Shown: positions 27,090 through 34,612, counted from the first letter of the stretch. The stretch is DNA of 55,252 bases from a virus (IMGVR_UViG_3300037258_000366:1-55252), one strand, 5' to 3'. Numbers and translations are program-made. Notes: generated from the letters alone by a model not told the origin.

Positions 27090-27467
27090 TTAGCCGTAAG
27101 CTGTTGATGCCAGAAGGATTATAGCCATCTGGTCCAGGTAAATCTCACTATTTGCTGAAGGTGTATCGGGTGATCCTGCTGCCCATGAACCAAGAGTGAT
27201 GTAGAATCCGCCAGTCTTTGTGTTACCGGCTGCATCAACAATTGATACCTGCGTAACTTTTACAAGCTTGGGCAGGGCAATCGTTGATCCATCTGTGTAG
27301 TACAGCTTAGCTCTTGACTCACCATCAAGATATCCGGCTACGTACTGTGTACCAGACTGAGTGTAAACTCCGCTGGTGAACGCAAAAGAAGCCGCATCTA
27401 CATCAGTCAGTCCTGCTGTTGAGCCGAACTGAGGATAGTTAGACAAGTTAGCAACTGTTAGTGCCAT
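27090..27467 (-). CDS. Putative virion structural protein
   Basis: 125 aa; late-promoter-like motif at 27487..27512. Confidence 0.6.
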   Translation of the reverse strand: MALTVANLSNYPQFGSTAGLTDVDAASFAFTSGVYTQSGTQYVAGYLDGESRAKLYYTDGSTIALPKLVKVTQVSIVDAAGNTKTGGFYITLGSWAAGSPDTPSANSEIYLDQMAIILLASTAYG

Positions 27468-27497
27468 AATCTTACCTTTCGAAAGGAAATATTTCTA

Positions 27498-28010
27498 TCA
27501 GTATTCTACCATAGTAGCGAAATGCTGTCTAGCTATCTCTATGTGTTCTGGCTGGAGTCCATTATTTGGATGGACCTTGATGTGCTTCACGATTTTTCTT
27601 CCTTTCGGGCCTAACCAGTAGTCTATTCCTGGTTCATCATCAAACCAGACCGATCCTGTGACTCCCCATTGCTTACAATGGTCTATAACTCCCCTGGATT
27701 TCACTTCAGACACTGATTGTTCGCGTGTGTAAGGCTCAAAATGCACTACAGGAAGCTTTGGGAGACCAATTTTGGCGCCAATCTCTGCGTCTGCATCATC
27801 TTGCCATGTCGTTGCCCATGCCAAATTGGCTCCAGTTGAGGCAGATAGCCCTAAAAGCCACTTTGCATGTTCTTTATTGAGTGTCAGAGAGTAAAATATT
27901 CCATCGTACTCAGATTTACTCGATTTTCCCTTAGCCGGAAAGTAATCCGGCCCTGGATTGGAACCTAAAGCGTTGAGTACGCCGTCTACATCAATAAATA
28001 TGTATCTCAT
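27498..28010 (-). CDS. HAD-superfamily phosphatase (RNA-repair-associated type)
   Basis: IDVDGVLN, WATTW and WFDDE motifs. Confidence 0.8.
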   Translation of the reverse strand: MRYIFIDVDGVLNALGSNPGPDYFPAKGKSSKSEYDGIFYSLTLNKEHAKWLLGLSASTGANLAWATTWQDDADAEIGAKIGLPKLPVVHFEPYTREQSVSEVKSRGVIDHCKQWGVTGSVWFDDEPGIDYWLGPKGRKIVKHIKVHPNNGLQPEHIEIARQHFATMVEY

Positions 28011-28036
28011 ATCATCCTCCTAGTTACTATGAACCG

Positions 28037-28110
28037 TCTGGATAGCAGGATTCGAACCTGCGATCTCATGCTCCCAAAGCATGTGCCTTACCAAGCTGGG
28101 CTATATCCAG
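28037..28110 (-). tRNA. tRNA-Pro(TGG)
   Basis: catgc-TTTGGGA-gcatg. Confidence 0.93.
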
Positions 28111-28212
28111 ATACTGGCGGGCGTGTTCCGTTAAGAATCTCCCAGCATTATCAGTTTCGCTACTGTCGCACGTCTTCTTAATGCCGTTTCAGATAAATAT
28201 ATCTACGCCCTG

Positions 28213-28285
28213 TGGAGCACAAGGGATTCGAACCCTCATGAACTTGCTTGCAAAGCAAGCGCCTTACCTGTCGTGCCAATGCCCC
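28213..28285 (-). tRNA. tRNA-Ala(TGC)
   Basis: cttgc-TTTGCAA-gcaag; G3:U70. Confidence 0.9.
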
Positions 28286-28298
28286 ATGCTGCTATCTA

Positions 28299-28327
28299 AT
28301 GATAGCAGGTTAAACTTTTACTGTCAA
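28299..28327 (-). promoter_or_regulatory. Principal-sigma promoter
   Basis: TTGACA-N17-TATCAT. Confidence 0.7.
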
Positions 28328-28666
28328 CTACTCAGGCGAGAAAATTAGTTCTGCCTCTGGGTAGAGTCTGAAGAAAGTTTCTGCGCTGTGCTGAAGGGTG
28401 TCGTATGTAGCTTCCATTGTATAAAATTTCGGAATGCTGTTGTAACTTCTGTAGACAAACAGCGTCTTGCCTGCTTTCCATACCTGGCCAATTCTGACTT
28501 CTGGCTGAAGAACCTCAATGCTCTTTGCTGAACTAAGAAAGGTCTTCAAGGTGCAGTTACCATCAACAACGATCTTGTGAGGTGGACCGCCCCAGCTATC
28601 ATCAGCCTTCTGGTAAGTACCCTCGAATGTAACTCTTACCTTGTCTCCTGGCTTCGGTGCTCTCAT
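28328..28666 (-). CDS. Hypothetical protein (GDKVRVTFEG...GQVW family)
   Basis: AGGAGG SD; paralog of 32422, 52342 and 18742. Confidence 0.7.
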   Translation of the reverse strand: MRAPKPGDKVRVTFEGTYQKADDSWGGPPHKIVVDGNCTLKTFLSSAKSIEVLQPEVRIGQVWKAGKTLFVYRSYNSIPKFYTMEATYDTLQHSAETFFRLYPEAELIFSPE

Positions 28667-28772
28667 TTTTCCTCCTTGTTAGTTTCTTCTTATCTGAACT
28701 AGAACCCATATCACTATCAGAATTACTACCACACTGCCTATAATTGCTGCTGGCATTTCTCCTCCTTAGTTG

Positions 28773-28849
28773 TGGTTGGCCGTGCTGGACTTGAACCAGC
28801 GATCTTTCGTTTATAAGACGCCTGCATTAACCAACTATGCTAACGGCCA
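28773..28849 (-). tRNA. tRNA-Ile(TAT), CCA encoded
   Basis: cgt-CTTATAA-acg (upper anticodon stem mismatched); canonical D and T arms. Confidence 0.8.
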
Positions 28850-28850
28850 G

Positions 28851-28924
28851 TACCCCCTACAGGACTCGAACCTGTAACCCGCTGATTAAAAGTCAGCAAC
28901 TCTAGCCAATTGAGTTAAGGAGGC
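28851..28924 (-). tRNA. tRNA-Lys(TTT)
   Basis: gctga-CTTTTAA-tcagc. Confidence 0.93.
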
Positions 28925-28927
28925 TTG

Positions 28928-29134
28928 TTACTCAGTTAAATCGATTCCGCATTTCTTCTGATACCTTATCCAGCTTTCCCTGGAAGTCTTTCTCTCATTC
29001 TTATACCCGAAAGGCATTATGCCTAAGCCCTTAAAGTACTCAGTTCCTACGCCATGCTCTGGGCAATTCTCATGCCAGCTACGGTTTTCAAGAGTTTCCA
29101 TTCCCAGCATTACATGAGGACATTTGCAACTCAT
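28928..29134 (-). CDS. Small Cys/His-containing protein
   Basis: AGGAG SD; CKCP...CPEHG. Confidence 0.6.
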   Translation of the reverse strand: MSCKCPHVMLGMETLENRSWHENCPEHGVGTEYFKGLGIMPFGYKNERKTSRESWIRYQKKCGIDLTE

Positions 29135-29337
29135 TGTAACTCCTGTTCTTTGCCAGCCTAAACCCTCACCTGCTGACTGATGCGCTCCCTTTCCGTTGAC
29201 GCACTAGGTTCCCAGAGTACTCATTTTTCGCTGGTGACTGTAATCTAGAATAATAGTCCCTGTAGCGCGGCGGGAATATACGGAGTCCGTGACCCTGATC
29301 AGCCGCCGAAGATCAGTTCTAGCTATTTAAGGACTCG

Positions 29338-29412
29338 CGGTGAATACGGGATTTGAACCCGTGGCTTCTACCTTGACAGGGTAGCACTCTAACCTAGCTG
29401 AGTTAATCCACC
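29338..29412 (-). tRNA. tRNA-Asp(GTC)
   Basis: ctacc-CTGTCAA-ggtag. Confidence 0.93.
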
Positions 29413-29416
29413 ATTG

Positions 29417-29509
29417 CAGCTATTATCTGGCTCAGTTTGATTCTTCCTGCTCCATTTAAAGTTGCGCAACTTTGTGTGCAGGCGTGCTGTACCGTTACAC
29501 TAAATAGCT
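29417..29509 (-). ncRNA. tRNA-like RNA/pseudo-tRNA with expanded anticodon loop
   Basis: Acceptor agctatt/aatagct, D arm gtgt-AACGGTACA-gcac, cctgc/gcagg enclosing a 27-nt loop with a palindromic hairpin; no TTCR T-loop. Confidence 0.55.
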
Positions 29510-29511
29510 CG

Positions 29512-29583
29512 TACGAGTATCAGGATTCGAACCCGAATTTAGTGGTTAGGACCCACTTGCTCTATCCGTTGAACTATACCCGC
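29512..29583 (-). tRNA. tRNA-Arg(CCT)
   Basis: agtgg-GTCCTAA-ccact. Confidence 0.9.
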
Positions 29584-29584
29584 A

Positions 29585-29812
29585 TTACTCTTCATCTCTG
29601 AAGATGTTTCTTAACCAGGTCCAGTGCTGCAAACCTGTTTCTATCTTCTGTGAAGTTCCTCTGGTTCTCTTGAAGTACCTGAGTGTTCCTAAACACTCTG
29701 CAATTCTTTCCCTGCGTATCTGCATCATCTCTGCTCTGGCATTTTTTCTTCTGTAAAAATTATGATTCATCTTACCGACGAGATGTGCCGTTACCATTCT
29801 TTTCTGCGCCAC
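29585..29812 (-). CDS. Small basic protein
   Basis: GGAGG SD with GTG start; the annotated upstream part overlaps tRNA-Arg. Confidence 0.55.
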   Translation of the reverse strand: MAQKRMVTAHLVGKMNHNFYRRKNARAEMMQIRRERIAECLGTLRYFKRTRGTSQKIETGLQHWTWLRNIFRDEE

Positions 29813-29833
29813 GTAACCTCCGATTTTACAGTG

Positions 29834-29905
29834 CGCCCCCAGAAGGAGTCGAACCCTCATTGCAAGATTAGAAGTCTCGCGTCCTATCCATTGAACGATA
29901 GAGGC
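29834..29905 (-). tRNA. tRNA-Arg(TCT)
   Basis: cgaga-CTTCTAA-tcttg. Confidence 0.92.
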
Positions 29906-29910
29906 ATGAA

Positions 29911-29990
29911 GCGATAAACGAACCAGTGACACCTCTGAACTCTGGCCTTCTATCCGGTTTTCAGGTGCCCTATACCGGATATTTTACCGC
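29911..29990 (-). ncRNA. Candidate three-way-junction RNA with kissing loops
   Basis: P1 gcggtaaa/tttatcgc, P2 tatccggt/accggata, P3 ggccag/ctggtt; loops ggcacct/aggtgtc are complementary. Confidence 0.55.
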
Positions 29991-29992
29991 AG

Positions 29993-30066
29993 TTGGCCTT
30001 ATAGGACTTGAACCTATTACCTCTTGTGTATCAGACAAGTGCTCTGACCAGGTGAGCTAAAGGCCA
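29993..30066 (-). tRNA. tRNA-Ile(GAT)
   Basis: cttgt-CTGATAC-acaag. Confidence 0.92.
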
Positions 30067-30134
30067 TTGTGGTGAGGACGGCAAAAGCCTCTGGGTTTTC
30101 ACCAGCTAGAACATGTTCGGTCTATCCTCACGCG

Positions 30135-30206
30135 CACACCTACCAGGATTTGAACCCGGAATAAATCGTCCGTAGCGACTCGTGATATCCGTTTCACTAT
30201 AGGTGC
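30135..30206 (-). tRNA. tRNA-Arg(ACG)
   Basis: agtcg-CTACGGA-cgatt. Confidence 0.92.
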
Positions 30207-30278
30207 TTGTGTATTAGATTAAGCGAATAAGACGTTTCCATTGCTGATTCTTTATGCAGGCCCTAATACAGTGCCGAG

Positions 30279-30351
30279 GGTGAATACTCAGATTCGAACT
30301 GAGATGGACTTGGATCACAACCAAGCGCTTTGCCATTAAGCTATACCCACC
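30279..30351 (-). tRNA. tRNA-His(GTG)
   Basis: cttgg-TTGTGAT-ccaag; G-1:C73. Confidence 0.92.
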
Positions 30352-30497
30352 ATGAGCCAGTTATACTCTGGCAAGAGTACCAGGATTCACAGCTTCTGGT
30401 CTGCTGCTTGATAAGCGATGCCCTCGCAAATCTCCGGACACTAGTTTTGGATGCCTCAGCATCTTGTCTGCCTATTTCATCCGTCTTCCCAGACAAG

Positions 30498-30568
30498 CAG
30501 ATCGTTAAGGACTCGAACCCTAGCTAAGAGGTTTGGAAGCTCTTGTGCTACCACTACACCAACGACCT
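30498..30568 (-). tRNA. tRNA-Trp(CCA)
   Basis: agagc-TTCCAAA-cctct. Confidence 0.88.
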
Positions 30569-30821
30569 ATAGGTTAAACTCATTATTCTTAACGCCTTTT
30601 ATGAAAGCGTCCCATTCTTTTTCAGTAAAGCTCAGTACTGGCCCATCGGGATCTTTTGAATCCCTTACCTGACAGCCAGCTACTTCAACACAATTACCAT
30701 TTTCCGCGCTCCAAGAGCTTTTCTTCCACTCAACACAAGAACCATTATAACTGCTAAGTGAACTCTTCTTCCACTCAACGCAGTTACCGTTGTAACTGCT
30801 GTACGAACTCTTCATCCACAT
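30567..30821 (-). CDS. DUF397 family protein with triplicated N-terminal motif
   Basis: Three copies of WxKSSxSxxNGxCVE, then VRDSKDPDGPVLSFTEKEWDAFIKGVK; start reassigned to the ATG at 30821. Confidence 0.9.
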   Translation of the reverse strand: MWMKSSYSSYNGNCVEWKKSSLSSYNGSCVEWKKSSWSAENGNCVEVAGCQVRDSKDPDGPVLSFTEKEWDAFIKGVKNNEFNL

Positions 30822-31004
30822 CTCTGTCCTAACTGAATGACCAGACCTACCTAGCGCCCTACAACTTACCCCTGCCACAGTTTCTGCCGCAATAAGCGCT
30901 ATCCACCTTCTTAGCCTACCTCAGAAGCTAGCATTCAGGTAAGCCCCGAACCCTCGGACTGGTCAAGCTCTTAACAGTGTGACTGTCTCTCACTGTCTAC
31001 GACT

Positions 31005-31033
31005 ACTGTACCACGCTGACGGCCTGTTGTCAA
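31005..31033 (-). promoter_or_regulatory. Principal-sigma promoter
   Basis: TTGACA-N17-TACAGT. Confidence 0.8.
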
Positions 31034-31056
31034 GCCCTTTTTATTACGAATTAAAG

Positions 31057-31128
31057 CTGGAGAAGCAGGACTCGGACCTGCACCATCGTGATCCAAAGTC
31101 ACGCGTCCTACCATTAGACTATTCTCCA
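31057..31128 (-). tRNA. tRNA-Gln(TTG)
   Basis: cgtga-CTTTGGA-tcacg; T-loop TCCGAGT. Confidence 0.88.
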
Positions 31129-31133
31129 TTGTG

Positions 31134-31205
31134 CTGCAAGACCTGGATTTGAACCAAGATCAAAGGATTCAGAGTCCTTCGTGTTACCGATTACACCATC
31201 CTGCA
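31134..31205 (-). tRNA. tRNA-Gln(CTG)
   Basis: aagga-CTCTGAA-tcctt. Confidence 0.92.
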
Positions 31206-31246
31206 ATGTTAGGCAGTTTATCTGGTGATTGCCCGGCACCACGTAC

Positions 31247-31275
31247 AGTGTATCATGCTGCTACTGAGATGTCAA
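31247..31275 (-). promoter_or_regulatory. Principal-sigma promoter
   Basis: TTGACA-N17-TACACT. Confidence 0.75.
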
Positions 31276-31428
31276 GACCTTTATTTCTTTTTCTCAGCGG
31301 ACTGTCTTCTGGCAATTCTGCATCTCTTAGCTCAGCATCAAGCCTTTTCTGCATTTTATTCGCGGCGGCTACTCCCTTGTTTCTGGTCCTTACATCTTTT
31401 CTGCCAACGTAAGGACCACTGAATGCGC

Positions 31429-31668
31429 TCACACGTCACTACAGGAAATCATACCTTGAAGATGCTTATAATGGAAGAGAGGCTGACGAACACCAATATC
31501 TTCAAGAGCTTCGTATACTGAATCGTTATACTTCCTGTACTCTCCTTTACCGCTAACGTAACAATATGCAATTGCCATGAGATATTTTGCCTCATCAATC
31601 GTCAGGGTAAGCTCTACATCCCTTATATCTTCTTCCATACCTTGTGTAACTCTTCTTGCTGTGGCCAT
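31429..31668 (-). CDS. Hypothetical protein, paralog of 52747..53052
   Basis: Shared pattern V.L.L...EA..L.A....V.G...Y...V..AL...G. Confidence 0.65.
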   Translation of the reverse strand: MATARRVTQGMEEDIRDVELTLTIDEAKYLMAIAYCYVSGKGEYRKYNDSVYEALEDIGVRQPLFHYKHLQGMISCSDV

Positions 31669-31835
31669 TTTTCTCTCCTCAATCCAGGTAGGTTACTTCT
31701 GCGTCATGACCTAAGCCGTAAGTATTCTTTATAGCTGCCATTGTTTCTTTTTTATTCTCGCATTCAACAACAATGCCTTCTTTAAATACCCATCTCAGGT
31801 CATCTTCTGGCCATGTTATGGTGTCGAAAACCACC

Positions 31836-32420
31836 TTAACTTGTGTTCTCATCGATCAACTCCAGTATCGTATTAATCTCTACTGGCATAAGATTCCATG
31901 CATCCAGTCCTACGTGTACCTGAAGAGTATTCACTCCAGCGAAAGAAATTATCTCATCTGAATGCGTGTGACCATGCAGAAGTGTGTTGCCAAAATTCTT
32001 CAGGCGGCATTCATCGTATCTGTCGTCTGCGGAATGATCTCCTGTGTACGGGAAATGGGATAGCATCACTGTTTTGTGATTCATCTTTCTTCGCGCAAAA
32101 TCATTTGCGGCCATGACTCCCATATAATAATACTCGTCTCCATACTTGTACGCGTCTCTGTTGAATCCCCACCCGTAATCATGGTTACCCCAGATGACAT
32201 ACTTGTTCCCGTTCAGCCTGGAAAACAGGTGACCGAATACTGCTGGCTTCTTCAGAGACAGATCACCAAGAATCCACAGAGCATCGTCTTTTTTCACGCA
32301 GCTATTTATGTTTTCTATAAGTGCTTCGTCGTGTTCTTCGATACCTGAGAATCCCCTGATATCTTCAGCCAGCATTTTGTGCATGAAATGAAGATCTGAG
32401 GTAAACCATGCAGTGCTCAT
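31836..32420 (-). CDS. Calcineurin-like metallophosphoesterase
   Basis: SDLH, LGD, GNHD, SHFP and HGHTH motifs. Confidence 0.9.
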   Translation of the reverse strand: MSTAWFTSDLHFMHKMLAEDIRGFSGIEEHDEALIENINSCVKKDDALWILGDLSLKKPAVFGHLFSRLNGNKYVIWGNHDYGWGFNRDAYKYGDEYYYMGVMAANDFARRKMNHKTVMLSHFPYTGDHSADDRYDECRLKNFGNTLLHGHTHSDEIISFAGVNTLQVHVGLDAWNLMPVEINTILELIDENTS

Positions 32421-32421
32421 A

Positions 32422-32781
32422 TTAACCTCCGAAAATTACCCTGGCACCCTTGCCCTTACCTGAGAAGAATTTATCCTTCTCTACCATGCGGTCGTAAGTA
32501 TCCTTTCCTTTTACCTGGTAAAAGGAAAGTGTTCCATTGTATCTCTCAAGAACAACGTACTTGTCTCCAGACGCTGTTTCCCAGATCTGCCCTATCTTAA
32601 CCTCTGGAGGTACTATCTCAACTCCATCAGGCAGACCATCAACCCAGGTGAAGCCTTCGAAAATCTTGTACATCATTCCGTCAACCGTATTCCTGACGAA
32701 CATCCACGCGCCATCGAGTTTTTCAACCTCACCTGTGAAGCTGACCTTAATCTGGTCTCCTACTGCTACTTTTGCACTCAT
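32422..32781 (-). CDS. Hypothetical protein (GDQIKVSFTG...GQIW family)
   Basis: GGAGG SD; paralog family. Confidence 0.7.
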   Translation of the reverse strand: MSAKVAVGDQIKVSFTGEVEKLDGAWMFVRNTVDGMMYKIFEGFTWVDGLPDGVEIVPPEVKIGQIWETASGDKYVVLERYNGTLSFYQVKGKDTYDRMVEKDKFFSGKGKGARVIFGG

Positions 32782-32790
32782 ATTTCCTCC

Positions 32791-32994
32791 TTAGTTATGT
32801 GTATGTTTTTTCTCAAACTCTGATGGTGCTTTTGTATCACTTGTTACCTTCAGAGCGCCGCAGACACAGGACATGAAGAACTGCTCTCCGGACCTGAGAA
32901 TTCTGTTAGTGCCTCTTATTGTGTCGAGCAAAGCATTATTTGCCTTTGCAATTTCTCTTTCCGGTGGAATCGCCGGATCTATTGGATGTCTCAT
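32791..32994 (-). CDS. Small hypothetical protein
   Basis: Start moved outside tRNA-Thr. Confidence 0.45.
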   Translation of the reverse strand: MRHPIDPAIPPEREIAKANNALLDTIRGTNRILRSGEQFFMSCVCGALKVTSDTKAPSEFEKKHTHN

Positions 32995-32995
32995 G

Positions 32996-33068
32996 AGCCT
33001 CATGTACGATTTGAACGCACGACCTGAGCTTTACAAGAGCCCTGCTCTATCCACTGAGCTAATGAGGC
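32996..33068 (-). tRNA. tRNA-Thr(TGT)
   Basis: gggct-CTTGTAA-agctc. Confidence 0.92.
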
Positions 33069-33095
33069 GTGTGCCCTTTCGGGCTTTTAATTATA

Positions 33096-33563
33096 TCACG
33101 ACGGGCACTGACCTACTTCAGCACCTTTCTGAACTGTAACCCAGATATACCATCCCTGATGTTTATACAGGTAAACTGCTTCTCTTGCATTATCTATCGG
33201 TATGAACAGATTACTGGAACTGTCATGAACACTGTTAATCTGCCATAATCCTCTGTCTTCAGTTCCGTTACTGTCCATGTCAACATCACTCGGACCTGGA
33301 TTTCCGCCAGATTCTGCCATAGCAACTTCTGCCGCCATAAATCTCTGGGATACCGGGCCGCCTGCTCTGTCCCATAATCTTTCTAGCCTGGCGCATCCTA
33401 TGTTAGAAGATATAGGCTGAGCCGCTGCTGCTACCGGCAATTTAGGAAAATGGAATTTAGGAATCTTACCGTGACCGAAGAAGAGATAACTCACTACTAC
33501 TAGTGCTATCAGAAATGAGGCGACGTTTTCGAAAGTTTTATCTTTCTTTTTTTCTTTCGCCAT
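33096..33563 (-). CDS. Membrane-anchored lytic transglycosylase (SLT/lysozyme-like)
   Basis: N-terminal TM; AMAESGGNP, DRGLWQIN and W.IW motifs. Confidence 0.85.
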   Translation of the reverse strand: MAKEKKKDKTFENVASFLIALVVVSYLFFGHGKIPKFHFPKLPVAAAAQPISSNIGCARLERLWDRAGGPVSQRFMAAEVAMAESGGNPGPSDVDMDSNGTEDRGLWQINSVHDSSSNLFIPIDNAREAVYLYKHQGWYIWVTVQKGAEVGQCPS

Positions 33564-33945
33564 TTCCCCTCCCCAGGTTTATGCTATTCTCCACCACCAG
33601 ATCGCTGCGATGATGGCACATGCTATTTCTAATAGTTCAGCAGGACCGAGCGGCAAGATAAACGCTCCCAGAACTCCTGGAATAAGCGCTAATGCTCCTG
33701 GTCCTAAAATGCTTCTCTCTCTGCTTACTTTCTCAGCCATACTTCCTCCTTATTCTTCAGGCTTCTTTCTGTTATGTGCTATTCTCTCACCGGCATAAAT
33801 TAATCCTGCGAAGACAATAGTTATTGCTGTCCAGTCTCCTGTGCTTCCGCTTACTGTGACATACACCACAAACGCGGCAATAACCGCACAGACAAGAAGT
33901 ACAAGATCTTTCATATCAAGTAACATATTTCACCTCCAGACTAAA

Positions 33946-33963
33946 GCTCCCCCGGCTGGAATC
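33946..33963 (-). pseudogene. 3' remnant of a tRNA (partial T-loop, T stem and acceptor strand)
   Basis: Minus strand GATTC-CAGC-CGGGGGA-GC overlapping the endonuclease stop codon. Confidence 0.5.
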
Positions 33964-34432
33964 ATGAGAGCTTACGATAATGATTTAGTACAGTTACCTG
34001 ACTCACATGAAACCTTTTTGCCAATTGCCTTAAAGTGCCCTCACCATTTTTATAGGCCGCACCAGCTAACTTTCCTGGAATGGTTTTTTCATCTGCTCTC
34101 TTTGCAACAGCCTCACTGTGCTCTAAATGAAGATCTATCATGTTCTCTATTCTGCTCTTGCGGCGGCTAAACATAAAAGATTTTATAACCCTAGCTAGTT
34201 CTACTGCTTTATCTCCATTGAGATACCAGATGAATATTGGCTTCCAGTGCTCTTTGACTGCTTTCTGTCTGCAAATCTTTCCTTCGCAAAGACTTTGAAG
34301 TCGCAAAATAACATCTTCATCAGTCATTGCACAGGAAATTCTAGCATACCCACTTTTGGTGGAAAGAAAACAGCCTTCCCCTTCGAGAAGACCAGCAATC
34401 CAGTTTACTTGTGATTCAGTTAAAGTGTTCAT
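33962..34432 (-). mobile_element. Free-standing LAGLIDADG homing endonuclease gene with C-terminal HTH
   Basis: WIAGLLEGEGCF; TLRQLAKRFHVSQVTV HTH; TGCTATAAT with -10 seven nt before the ATG. Confidence 0.85.
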
Positions 34433-34466
34433 GCGTTTAATTATAGCACGTAATTAAATACAAAAG

Positions 34467-34539
34467 CTGTCTAGATTGGACTCGAACCAATGACAGTCAC
34501 TTTAACAGAGTGCTGCTCTACCAACTGAGCTACTAGACA
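34467..34539 (-). tRNA. tRNA-Asn(GTT)
   Basis: cact-CTGTTAA-agtg. Confidence 0.92.
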
Positions 34540-34583
34540 TTAAGTGGGACAGATTGCGCGCACCTCACTGCCCCACAACCAAC

Positions 34584-34612
34584 AGACTACCACAGCGGCG
34601 GCCCGTTGTCAA
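34584..34612 (-). promoter_or_regulatory. Principal-sigma promoter
   Basis: TTGACA-N17-TAGTCT. Confidence 0.75.

Noticed and set aside
28773-28849. Suppressor tRNA or genetic-code reassignment
   Set aside because: No CTA, TTA or TCA anticodons were found, and long ORFs are intact under the standard code
29283-29336. Pistol ribozyme (TAAATAG plus tgatc/gatca hairpin)
   Set aside because: The upstream P1/pseudoknot and the AGCG element are not in the required order
16800-34600. tmRNA, RNase P RNA or SRP RNA
   Set aside because: No tmRNA tRNA-like ends enclosing a tag ORF and no RNase P or SRP consensus were recognised by eye; an Rfam scan would settle it
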